A stretch of 64,000 nucleotides of DNA, taken from positions 1 through 64,000 of IMG/VR virus record IMGVR_UViG_3300028591_000134. The stretch is one strand, 5' to 3'. The stretch comes from a virus (taxonomy: Duplodnaviria; Caudoviricetes). The position numbers and the translations under genes were made by a program. Each line of letters opens with the position of its first letter. The first letter of the stretch is position 1. The notes under the pieces are model-generated. The model saw only the letters and a list, made by a program, of their open reading frames with translations. It made no database searches and had not been told where the DNA came from. Shown piece by piece: positions 52,196 to 60,843 of this stretch.

Positions 52196-53165
52196 ATCTT
52201 TCTACTGTTTTAGTTAACCAATCCTTCACGACAAAGAACCCGTTATCACGAACAGCATCGGATATGTCCTTTGCCTTGAACTTTTTATGAACAAAAAATG
52301 CATCAAATTTGTATTGTCTACTATATTGCCGAGCATTTAACATACCAGTCCTATCTCTGTCATATAGTATAACTATATGTTTCCACTTACTTCGTAAGCT
52401 TTGTAGTATGTCTTCTGGTATAAATGTTGTTTCACTTGAAGCTGCTATAGCATGATATCCCATCTCATATAGGCACATTACGTCTTTTAAAGATTTCGTA
52501 ATGATGAGAAGATTTCCACCCTCCTGTGGTAACTCAGCAAGCCCCTGAACGTGCCGATTTGTCAGATTGGTACGCCATTTAGTATACTTAGAGGTTAGAG
52601 GTCTATAGATTTTAAATTTATCAAAGACCTTATACGCATACATAGGACTTGTTTCTTTGTAGGTACCTCTGACGACACTATTACAAAGAAAATATTTAAT
52701 GCTAAAGACATTGAAATGCTTCAATGTGTCAACGGAAATGTGGAATTGCTTCCAGTATCTCTTATCAACCTCTGTAAACGGTTGTCGAACTATTCCGATA
52801 TCTGTTGGCCCTGAACCCACCGTTTTCACGTGTGTTGGTTTAACCTCACCGAGCATTGGGTTCATTTTTCGGACGATGCGCAACAGTTCTCGTTCAAGTT
52901 GTTCTCTTGTATCGACTCCCTTATACAATTTTATGAATTTGAGAGCATTTCCCGCTATACCAGTGCCGTGGTCTTTAAACAATAAATCCCCAGTTTTACT
53001 AGGGAATATTGCAAAAGATGGTACCTTATCATCTGGCCTTAAAGGGCTATTTAATAATTTACCTAGCTTGAATGTTCCAATATAATACGAATAGATGTCA
53101 TAATCTGTTACTTTCTCCAATAAGTCTTTGAGACTCATTGTAATTGCTGTTTTTGTACTATACAT
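52185..53165 (-). CDS. dnaG: DNA primase (DnaG/TOPRIM-type, crAss family)
   Basis: SPLRPDDKVPSF, FKDHGTG, IITKSLKDVMCL, ILYDRDRTG and AKDISD motifs. Confidence 0.85.
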   Translation of the reverse strand: MYSTKTAITMSLKDLLEKVTDYDIYSYYIGTFKLGKLLNSPLRPDDKVPSFAIFPSKTGDLLFKDHGTGIAGNALKFIKLYKGVDTREQLERELLRIVRKMNPMLGEVKPTHVKTVGSGPTDIGIVRQPFTEVDKRYWKQFHISVDTLKHFNVFSIKYFLCNSVVRGTYKETSPMYAYKVFDKFKIYRPLTSKYTKWRTNLTNRHVQGLAELPQEGGNLLIITKSLKDVMCLYEMGYHAIAASSETTFIPEDILQSLRSKWKHIVILYDRDRTGMLNARQYSRQYKFDAFFVHKKFKAKDISDAVRDNGFFVVKDWLTKTVERYDS

Positions 53166-53191
53166 GACATCAAAGTACTTTAATAGTATTG

Positions 53192-53275
53192 TGAATGTGG
53201 TAGGATTCGAACCTACGCATTACAGCTTGTGATGTTATCTACGGCCGTTACTCTGTCCAACTGAGCTACACATTC
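53192..53275 (-). ncRNA. tRNA-like RNA with a 17-nt anticodon loop (possibly tRNA-Val(CAC) carrying a 10-nt insertion)
   Basis: Minus strand reads GAATGTG TA GCTC AGTTGGACA GAGT A ACGGC [CGTAGATAACATCACAA] GCTGT AATGC GTAGG TTCGAAT CCTAC CACATTC A. Acceptor and T arms are perfect and the D arm is canonical. Confidence 0.8.
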
Positions 53276-53461
53276 AATTGAGAGAGATTTGCTCGCTATT
53301 CTACGATCACCCGTAGTTAGTGTTCCTTATATTGGCACTCTCTCATTGCAAGTTATTCTTACCTTGCGCCCCTCTTCGTGCGGTGAGTCCGCCAAGAGAT
53401 GTTACTATTCTATTTACCATTACTCTGCACTTCATGGTTTTCTCACTTCAAGTAACCGTTG

Positions 53462-53527
53462 TAGCGTGCGGGAGATTCGAACTCCTAACTTCTCTTGCGA
53501 GATGTGTTACCATTACACCACGACGCT
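53462..53527 (-). ncRNA. Anticodon-less tRNA-like RNA (anticodon arm is 4 bp plus a GCAA tetraloop)
   Basis: Minus strand reads AGCGTCG TG GTGT AATGGTA ACAC A TCTC GCAA GAGA AGTTA GGAG TTCGAAT CTCC CGCACGCT A. D and T loops are canonical; the acceptor stem has one bulge. Confidence 0.72.
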
Positions 53528-53661
53528 CCAGGGGTCAATTAGACCCTCCACCACTGACCTTTTCCTACGGTAGTCAGCACCATCTTGTTTGACCATTTAT
53601 AATTTCACCTAAAATTCTTGCGGCTTCGTGTGGTTTACACACAAACGGCCGAAATTCTAGA

Positions 53662-54261
53662 TTAAAAGGGCAGGTCGTCAGCACCTGTAGAGTCTGCAGT
53701 CACCGGAGCACTGTTACCAGTGAGCGGGTCGTTAGGCTTCTCTTCATCAGCCTTCACGGGACGCTCCAGAAGATCGTTCTTCCAAAGCTTAATCTGCGAC
53801 TCTTCTTTTGCAACTTCCATAGATTCAACGAAAATACCGTTCTTAGATACCTGAGTATAACCCTTCTTATCATAAGTTACCTTAAGACGTAAAGGACTAT
53901 TATCACCATCATTAAGACACATCTTAGCCCAAGTGATCATTTCGATAAATGAAGAACCTTCAAAATCGTTATGACCACCCTTAACTGCATCAATGACCTG
54001 CAGAATACGACCGAACTGCTGATTATCACGACGCTGTAAATCCTCGTCGGTAGTAATCCACATATTCTTCTCGTTCTTCCACTCAGTCATAGTTGCCGTC
54101 TGGCCTTGTTTATTCTCAAAGATAATCTCTAAGAAATCACGACCCTGAGGTGTCTTATTTACGTTTACCTCTTTCAAGGTAATATTCTCGTTGATGCCTA
54201 CAGGCATATATGAGGAGGTAAACTCCTCGTTACTTGTTGTTGCTGTTTTTGTACTATACAT
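53662..54261 (-). CDS. ssb: Single-stranded DNA-binding protein (crAss-type)
   Basis: Acidic DDLPF C-terminal tail, beta-rich core, optimised codons, located next to the Sak4-like ATPase. Confidence 0.7.
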   Translation of the reverse strand: MYSTKTATTSNEEFTSSYMPVGINENITLKEVNVNKTPQGRDFLEIIFENKQGQTATMTEWKNEKNMWITTDEDLQRRDNQQFGRILQVIDAVKGGHNDFEGSSFIEMITWAKMCLNDGDNSPLRLKVTYDKKGYTQVSKNGIFVESMEVAKEESQIKLWKNDLLERPVKADEEKPNDPLTGNSAPVTADSTGADDLPF

Positions 54262-54304
54262 AATTTTCCTTCTGACTTTATAGTTCTTAATTATAAATTA
54301 AATT

Positions 54305-54436
54305 TTAATGTCTATTCCTATGTAATATTCCATTTGAACCTTTGTAATAATTTGTACTAGGACCGTTATAACGTTCAATTGGTTTATTATTAACTCCAAA
54401 TACTTCATCAAAATATTCTCTATCGTCGTTATTCAT
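54305..54436 (-). CDS. Small hypothetical ORF, 43 aa
   Basis: MNNDDREYFDEVFGVNNKPIERYNGPSTNYYKGSNGILHRNRH, preceded by an AT-rich leader; it fills the gap between genes. Confidence 0.35.
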   Translation of the reverse strand: MNNDDREYFDEVFGVNNKPIERYNGPSTNYYKGSNGILHRNRH

Positions 54437-54459
54437 ATCTATTAAAATTTAATTTACAA

Positions 54460-55203
54460 TTATTCAGATTTATAGATTTTATTCCAATAGGTCGTTATGC
54501 TTCCGTCTTCATTTCCAGTGGCAATAACGACATCGCGTCCCGCAATATGACGGGCTCTGGCTTCCATAATAGTACCGTCGCCCCCAGATTTAAATGATAT
54601 GTGGGTCTCATTATCCTTTCGGTAAACGTATCCAACGGCATCTGCCATTCCACATACAATTTTTCCGAGTTTGCCGACGAGATCGATTTCTTTGGCATTG
54701 ACCTCTTCGCCGTCTTTATCGGTGATACTATCTTTGACATGTCCTACTAAAATAAATTCATCACATAGGTCTTTGAACATATCAATGACCTTTTTTACAG
54801 CATCTCTTAAGTACTTATATCCTGCTCCGCGTGCAAGAGTGGTGACATCATCACCCTTCCAATTCTTGCCAAGCTCAGTTTTTCTGTATAAAGTACATGC
54901 GTACGACATACAAATATCCTCAAGCCTGGTAGCATTATCTATAGTGATGCGACGATAAAAGTGTTTTCCTACTTCTTCATTCTTGGCACGTATGGCACTT
55001 GCAATTTCTCCTAAATCATTAATCGTTCGAGCTTGTATAGCAAGAGCATCAATGAAGTTTGTACCTCCCTCAAGGTCAATTATCAAATTGTTTGGTAACT
55101 GAGCAAGACAAGAGGTCTTACCTGATTTAGGCAGGCCATACAATATTAAGTATTGTGGGTCTGTTGAAACTGCAGGAACTGGTTTTGTAGGTAATGTAAG
55201 CAT
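54460..55203 (-). CDS. AAA_24 / Sak4-like ATPase (ssDNA annealing/recombination)
   Basis: ILYGLPKSGKTS, IIDLEGG, ITIDNAT, ILVGH and ADAVGYVYR. Confidence 0.82.
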   Translation of the reverse strand: MLTLPTKPVPAVSTDPQYLILYGLPKSGKTSCLAQLPNNLIIDLEGGTNFIDALAIQARTINDLGEIASAIRAKNEEVGKHFYRRITIDNATRLEDICMSYACTLYRKTELGKNWKGDDVTTLARGAGYKYLRDAVKKVIDMFKDLCDEFILVGHVKDSITDKDGEEVNAKEIDLVGKLGKIVCGMADAVGYVYRKDNETHISFKSGGDGTIMEARARHIAGRDVVIATGNEDGSITTYWNKIYKSE

Positions 55204-55206
55204 ATA

Positions 55207-55641
55207 TTATCCTTTAATAGTAATAAACAGATTGATGATAATCTTCTTCGTTGTCTTAGGAAGACGATTGTAATAGCTAATATCCTCGAGCATATAAAGC
55301 GGAATCAACGTGCTACCGATCTGAATCTCATCCTCAAAGAATGTGATGTCATTGTTGTCAATCTTGTAAATACTCTTCTTGGGAGTATAGTTAGCAAGGA
55401 ACTTAGCAGCCTTAGTGAACTCGTCATCGAAGTCACCCTTCAGAATGCTGCTGGTACGATTAGGAATAATGATGTGGTCATCTTTCTTCTCTGTATCGCG
55501 AAGATAACTGAGATAAGGATTTGCCTTAATCAGATTAGAAAGAATAAGGTCATCAAGACTCTTAGAAGGGTTGGTGTTACGAAAGGTATAGTTACCAGTG
55601 TTCTTCTCGCTATTGTTAATCTTAATCGTGTAGTGTTTCAT
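55207..55641 (-). CDS. Hypothetical protein, 144 aa
   Basis: Intact ORF with high-expression codon bias. Confidence 0.7.
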   Translation of the reverse strand: MKHYTIKINNSEKNTGNYTFRNTNPSKSLDDLILSNLIKANPYLSYLRDTEKKDDHIIIPNRTSSILKGDFDDEFTKAAKFLANYTPKKSIYKIDNNDITFFEDEIQIGSTLIPLYMLEDISYYNRLPKTTKKIIINLFITIKG

Positions 55642-55677
55642 ATTTTCAGCCTAATTTTTAAATGAATACTTGTCAGA

Positions 55678-56601
55678 TTAGCATTCAATCAAGTTATTGT
55701 ATTGCAGGTCATTCTCGAATTCTAATATACACGGCTTACCTGCGTCTCTATTTTTAAGCAGGTGCATGTATACTTTGTTTGCTGTAGGTAGACGATTTGG
55801 ACCATACTCCACAATGTTTAATATCTCTGGACGATGTAGTACAAAAACATAATCACTTGCTTGAAACATTGCGTCTGACGATGATAAATCACTCCTCATG
55901 GGATAATGACTCATGGGGTTGTTTATCCTTTCCGGCTTCTCTATTTCGCGATTCATCTGAGCTATTTGAATTATACTCGTTAGAGGTAATTTCTTACATC
56001 TAATAAATACTTTTTCAAGTTCGCTGGTCGTCTCAATAACACTGCCTATTTGTTTTGTTAACAGAGTATGATCGAACGTAATTACGAAATGCTTACCAGT
56101 ACCTTTTACATACTGGTCATAGAAGCTTCTTATAGCTTGTTCTATTTGCATAGGAGTACCAGGGTCATCTATAAAATAGATTGGGTATTCCTTTAGCTGG
56201 TTTGATACTGCGATGACTCTTCTGAAGGTCTCGTCATCCAGGTCCGTTTCCGAACTATACAGGGTAGAAGTCGTTTTTCTTAGCTTACTTGAAAGCGTTC
56301 TTCCAACCTGCCTAAATCCAACCATTTCTAACGAAAAATTAAGAACAACTATATCTTGGTCAGGATTGAGGTCTATGATATCAGTAGTTAGTGTATTACA
56401 CAGACTGGATTTGCCTGAGCCACTTATTCCAGCGAATGTGTAGATAGTATTTGGTTCAATACCTCCCATGCATTGCTTATTTAGTTTCTCCCATCTAGTC
56501 TTCAGCGAGACGATATTGTGGTTTCGTCTTCCTTCTATGTAGTTTATAGCTTCTTGAGCTACAACTGACATTGGCCGAATATTAAATGAGTTCTGTTCCA
56601 T
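55678..56601 (-). CDS. dnaB: DnaB-like replicative helicase (C-terminal domain)
   Basis: AGISGSGKS, FSLEM, IAQMNRE, SDLSSSDAMFQASD and LLKNRDAG. Confidence 0.88.
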   Translation of the reverse strand: MEQNSFNIRPMSVVAQEAINYIEGRRNHNIVSLKTRWEKLNKQCMGGIEPNTIYTFAGISGSGKSSLCNTLTTDIIDLNPDQDIVVLNFSLEMVGFRQVGRTLSSKLRKTTSTLYSSETDLDDETFRRVIAVSNQLKEYPIYFIDDPGTPMQIEQAIRSFYDQYVKGTGKHFVITFDHTLLTKQIGSVIETTSELEKVFIRCKKLPLTSIIQIAQMNREIEKPERINNPMSHYPMRSDLSSSDAMFQASDYVFVLHRPEILNIVEYGPNRLPTANKVYMHLLKNRDAGKPCILEFENDLQYNNLIEC

Positions 56602-57151
56602 AATAAGTGTTTGTTGGGACTTCTACATTATTCATCTCCTCTTCAGACTCTTCCCATTGATGATCGACTAACCAACGCCACATAGTCTTCATATAGCTAA
56701 GCTTTCCTTCTTTCATCTTTTTTGAGATTTCGAAGTCTAAACATTTTATAATATGTTCTGCCATAGCTGTACTATTACCACATATATTGTTGAATAAATG
56801 TCGACACTTATTGACATTTGCCCTGAGATAGGCTTTAGATCCATCAGGGCGTAGTACATATACTGGGTATCTCTCATAAAACACATCAAAATAACTTTTT
56901 GACGGTGTCATAAAGTCTTTAAGCTTTTGAGTTGCTTCATAAGTGATAAAGTCACCTCTCTCTATCGAGGTGATAAGGTCTTTCTGAACTAAGTATGATA
57001 TTTCGTCGTCACTGATAAGGCTGACTAATCGATTGACGTCTTGATTCTTGGTATTTTGATTCTTATCTAATACCATACTTAGGAATACTAACTGATTCAT
57101 ATTGAGTGCTTCTGGGAGTTCCAGAAGCTTGGTATCTAATTCAATAATCAT
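56582..57151 (-). CDS. Putative replication initiator/helicase loader-like protein, 189 aa
   Basis: Lies between polB and dnaB. Has a wHTH-like N-terminus and an FYERYP...YMKTMWRWL pattern similar to phage replisome-organiser C-termini. Confidence 0.5.
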   Translation of the reverse strand: MIIELDTKLLELPEALNMNQLVFLSMVLDKNQNTKNQDVNRLVSLISDDEISYLVQKDLITSIERGDFITYEATQKLKDFMTPSKSYFDVFYERYPVYVLRPDGSKAYLRANVNKCRHLFNNICGNSTAMAEHIIKCLDFEISKKMKEGKLSYMKTMWRWLVDHQWEESEEEMNNVEVPTNTYYGTELI

Positions 57152-57179
57152 CTCTTATATACTCTGATAAACAAGCTGG

Positions 57180-59066
57180 TTACGAAAATAATTCTAATTG
57201 TATTTCAGTGAAGTTAACGATAACCTTATTAGCTTCACTGATATAGTATCGGTAGTTAATCTTTCGATTTTCTACGTTAGTATCATCAAGAGTATTCAGG
57301 ATAGTAACTCCTGAATCCTTGAGCATGTGTTCTAGATCATTCTTTGATGTACCTTTGTAGATATATGGTCCGTTGATGCTTGCGTAATATCTATTTATAC
57401 GCTGTACTTGAGTTTCTCCCCAAAATACCTTAAACTTTTTATCTACTCTCTGATACATCAAGAAATCTCTTATGTCAGTCTGACGTTTTATAAAGTCTGC
57501 AACTGGTTCTTTTGTGAGAAAATAGTTTATAACAGCCTTAGGAATGATAACTGGCGCCATACCTTTCCCAAGTCGGTTTTCTGTTATAAACATACCTTTT
57601 TTCTCTATCAGTTTTGGGTCATGAGATTCTGACCACCCTTCTTTGACACCAAAATAGTCATTGACTGCGTACTGATAAAACGCTTCATAGCGATCCTCTT
57701 CAAAAAACAAGTGTGTAATGTCTTCAACCTCTTTGATAGCCTCTCCAATAGCCTCAGAAAGGTCCTTTTTAGCCACGTACATCACGCCATCTGTATTCAC
57801 CTGAATAATCTCACATCCAAGTGAAACAAGTCGATCTGTGAGCATTAGAAGTACTAATTGCCCATTTATTCTAATCTTAAAGACTGAGAATGGATCGTAC
57901 ATCCAGCTTGTTTCTTGTTGCATTTTTCCTGTGACAGAGTTAAGAGTTAATTTTAGAGCCTCACTCTTAAGCTTCTCACCGCTATGTTTGGCTTTAACTC
58001 GCTGCTCATATAAGCTAACGTAAACCCGCCAAAATTCTTCTCCTAAATGACGCGGAACCCATTTGTATTTGACAATAAAGCTCGGATACATACTCGTAAC
58101 ATCCGCATGTCCAATGAATTCATTCTCCTTAGGAACGTAGATCCGTGGCGTATTAATGGAGTGTATACCTCCTACACCTACAGATAGCGTTGTATTTGAG
58201 AGCACAAACCGCTTCTCATAGCCTTTGCGTTCTTTTGAATAGACTACTTGCTCCTTCATCTCTTCAAGAACGGCTTGTAATTTTGGATTTTTATAATGTA
58301 TTGTTGGAAGAATCACATCTTTTAACGGAATGTAATCCATTGGAGAACGCATTGTTTCTAGTTGTTTCTTGCTTATACCTGTAAGCTCACAATATTTTTG
58401 TGCTAACAGTGTTTCTCCAAATTTAACGCTATCCATAGAATAAGCGTTAATTCCGTATTCTTCTTCTATAAACTTTCTTAAAGCAATATCTTTAGATAGC
58501 TTATTCAGAAGTTCAGTTGTAGAGTCTACATCGTTGACGTTATACTCTATCATACTGTCGATTTCGTCCTCTGGTAATGGACTATCGAAGTCGCCTTCGT
58601 ATTCTCGTACATTATGATAGTGCATAGTTACCTGCATTTCTTTGAGACCCACTCGTAGTTTGCTACTGAACTGCAGGGTTAGTAAATCCATAGATTCAAA
58701 ATAATTTGCATACTTCCATCTTTTGAATTTACTGGTATCCCCTTCTTCTGCTGTCACTATTGTATTAGAGAGATTAAATAATGATTGACATATTCGAGCA
58801 TAATACAACTGTTCTAGTTTATAATAAAAATCGACGATATAGTTTATCACCACATCGTCGTAATGTTTGTTATTATAACCACAAAACATTCGTTGCCCAT
58901 TGTTTTCATAATAGAAGAAATCTACTAATTCTTTTAGTTGATTCTTTCTTTTAGAAATCTCAAACTTGTACAATTCATTTGTTTCAGTATCTCTACAACA
59001 ACAATGAAAACAGTTCGGAAATATCTCAATGTCGTATACTACGACAGATTGATTGTGTATTACCAT
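57180..59066 (-). CDS. polB: Family B DNA polymerase
   Basis: ExoI YDIE, ExoII GYNNKHYD, ExoIII YNVND, motif A DVTSMYPS, motif B KLTLNSVTG, motif C NTDG. Confidence 0.92.
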   Translation of the reverse strand: MVIHNQSVVVYDIEIFPNCFHCCCRDTETNELYKFEISKRKNQLKELVDFFYYENNGQRMFCGYNNKHYDDVVINYIVDFYYKLEQLYYARICQSLFNLSNTIVTAEEGDTSKFKRWKYANYFESMDLLTLQFSSKLRVGLKEMQVTMHYHNVREYEGDFDSPLPEDEIDSMIEYNVNDVDSTTELLNKLSKDIALRKFIEEEYGINAYSMDSVKFGETLLAQKYCELTGISKKQLETMRSPMDYIPLKDVILPTIHYKNPKLQAVLEEMKEQVVYSKERKGYEKRFVLSNTTLSVGVGGIHSINTPRIYVPKENEFIGHADVTSMYPSFIVKYKWVPRHLGEEFWRVYVSLYEQRVKAKHSGEKLKSEALKLTLNSVTGKMQQETSWMYDPFSVFKIRINGQLVLLMLTDRLVSLGCEIIQVNTDGVMYVAKKDLSEAIGEAIKEVEDITHLFFEEDRYEAFYQYAVNDYFGVKEGWSESHDPKLIEKKGMFITENRLGKGMAPVIIPKAVINYFLTKEPVADFIKRQTDIRDFLMYQRVDKKFKVFWGETQVQRINRYYASINGPYIYKGTSKNDLEHMLKDSGVTILNTLDDTNVENRKINYRYYISEANKVIVNFTEIQLELFS

Positions 59067-59094
59067 ATGATACAAAGATACGTTGGTTCAATTG

Positions 59095-59169
59095 TTGCGG
59101 GGGCGGGAGTCGAACCCGCGTAGAATTGCTTATGAGACAATGCTGGACCCACCTCCAGTCTACCCCGCG
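59095..59169 (-). tRNA. tRNA-Met(CAT), initiator-like C1:A72 mismatch
   Basis: CGCGGGG...ATTGT CTCATAA GCAAT...GCGGG TTCGACT CCCGC CCCCGCA A. CCA is not encoded. Confidence 0.88.
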
Positions 59170-59269
59170 ATAAAACTGCAGAACGACGAAACTGCACAGC
59201 GAAAAAAAGATGTTAAACATTCGCCTTAACTGGGTTATATTACGCGCCAAACCCCGTCGTTTTTAATAT

Positions 59270-60061
59270 CTAATTCGTCTTGCAAGACGCTAATAACTTT
59301 CCATACTTATTATAGACTTTGACTTCAATACAATCTTTGTCTTTTATCGTCTTTGCACGACTACGTAATATGTCTTTTATAACATTCAATTGCGTAAATT
59401 GTGTCTTTCCCGCGAAAGGATAACCGATGACAACAGGATCTCCTTCTTTTTCATACATGACTTGACCGTCGGGTCCCTCATATACGAGAAAAACCCTATA
59501 GAAGGGTTCTCTTATGCTAACTTTCCCGTATGCTCTGCTGAGAAAGTTTCGTACATATTCGCGGTGTATGTACTGTTGTGTTTTATGCTGTATTTCCAGT
59601 GCCTTTGGAAAGAGATCTTCTGCTAGCTCTCTTTCCGTAGGTCCTGGGTTTTTCTTTTCGAATTTTTGCATCTTATGCTCTTCATAAGCATGCATTAGTG
59701 CTGCAAATCCCAATCGCTTGGGCTTATTTTGAGCGGTCATCTCAGCTATTTGGGCTCGCGTGAGACGTATCTGATACTTTATTCGAGGAGGAGCCTTACG
59801 GGCTATGGTTTGCGAGGCAATAGGGACTATTTTATTCTTTTGGATGCTAGATTTTATTAAATTCATATTCCTCGTATCGCTGTCATAATGCAACATAAAT
59901 TGAGCATTAAATGCGCGACATAGTTCCCTTAGAGGCATCCTATGTAGCATACTAACGAACTTTATGCCTCTCTTGGTTGTAAGAAATTTATCTATTTTTT
60001 TGATAATTTCCTCTTCTTTCTGTATCTTGTTCAGTCTATATTTGATATCTTTCTGTTTCAT
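59270..60061 (-). CDS. Basic hypothetical protein, 263 aa (ends TAG; 273 aa to TAA 59,240-59,242 if read through)
   Basis: Long Lys/Arg-rich ORF. The terminal TAG is followed in frame by ILKTTGFGA-TAA. Confidence 0.7.
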   Translation of the reverse strand: MKQKDIKYRLNKIQKEEEIIKKIDKFLTTKRGIKFVSMLHRMPLRELCRAFNAQFMLHYDSDTRNMNLIKSSIQKNKIVPIASQTIARKAPPRIKYQIRLTRAQIAEMTAQNKPKRLGFAALMHAYEEHKMQKFEKKNPGPTERELAEDLFPKALEIQHKTQQYIHREYVRNFLSRAYGKVSIREPFYRVFLVYEGPDGQVMYEKEGDPVVIGYPFAGKTQFTQLNVIKDILRSRAKTIKDKDCIEVKVYNKYGKLLASCKTN

Positions 60062-60155
60062 ATTGATTATGCTTTAGGTTAAACATGTTAACTTGTGGAT
60101 ATAACAGGCCTCGATCCTGTCAAGCGCGCCAACACCGCGTAATCCTATCTGATAC

Positions 60156-60710
60156 TTATGCAGCAATAAGGTCTTTAATGTCGTTGTCAATCTCAGTATC
60201 GAAATCAATTGACGTGTCACTGTTGTATGCCTCGATACGAGCGTCATACTTATTTATATTGAGCTGAATATCGTTCATCAGCTGAGTAATCTTAGCGGAA
60301 GTAAATATCTCACGCTTACCAGTGCCTTTGACACCCTTACGAGCCTTCTCCTTGGGGTCAATCGTCTTCTTGATAATCTCCTTCCAATGAGCAATCTTCT
60401 CCTTCTCCTCGCATGCTGCAAAGATTGTATAATAGTGCTTCTGTTTCTCATCCTCATAATTAAACGAGGTGATACCGTTGTTGATGGCATTCAACATCAA
60501 CTTAAGCTTAATGCGAGTCTCAGACATCTGTGTAATCTTGTTGTAAAGCTCTTTAAGGTCTAAGCCAGAGCCCATACCAGCCTTCACAGCCTTGTTAGAC
60601 ATCACATTTTCAAGCTTGATAATATGCCAATACTTAGTAATAGTCTCATCAAGCTTCTTACGAGCGATAATAATATCTTTGGAATTCATCTTTGTCGTCT
60701 TCTTTGTCAT
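60156..60710 (-). CDS. Hypothetical helical protein, 184 aa
   Basis: Intact ORF with optimised AAG/GAG codon usage. Confidence 0.75.
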   Translation of the reverse strand: MTKKTTKMNSKDIIIARKKLDETITKYWHIIKLENVMSNKAVKAGMGSGLDLKELYNKITQMSETRIKLKLMLNAINNGITSFNYEDEKQKHYYTIFAACEEKEKIAHWKEIIKKTIDPKEKARKGVKGTGKREIFTSAKITQLMNDIQLNINKYDARIEAYNSDTSIDFDTEIDNDIKDLIAA

Positions 60711-60772
60711 AATATATATTGATTTAATTAAACTTATTGATAACTTAGAAGAATTCGAGCTCGTCTACCTAG

Positions 60773-60843
60773 TTGGGATACCCCGATTCGAACGAGGGAC
60801 AACAGCTCCAAAAACTGTTGTGTTACCACTACACCATATCCCA
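60773..60843 (-). tRNA. tRNA-Gln(TTG)
   Basis: TGGGATA TG GTGT AGTGGTA ACAC A ACAGT TT TTG GA GCTGT TGTC CCTCG TTCGAAT CGGGG TATCCCA A. Confidence 0.92.

Noticed and set aside
60773-60843. Amber suppressor tRNA
   Set aside because: The anticodon is TTG, not CTA. I found no CTA-anticodon tRNA in the window.
53166-60843. HDV-like theta ribozymes 3' of the tRNAs, as known in recoded gut phages
   Set aside because: The sequences directly 3' of the tRNA-like units showed no nested double-pseudoknot pattern by eye. A motif search would be needed to exclude them fully.
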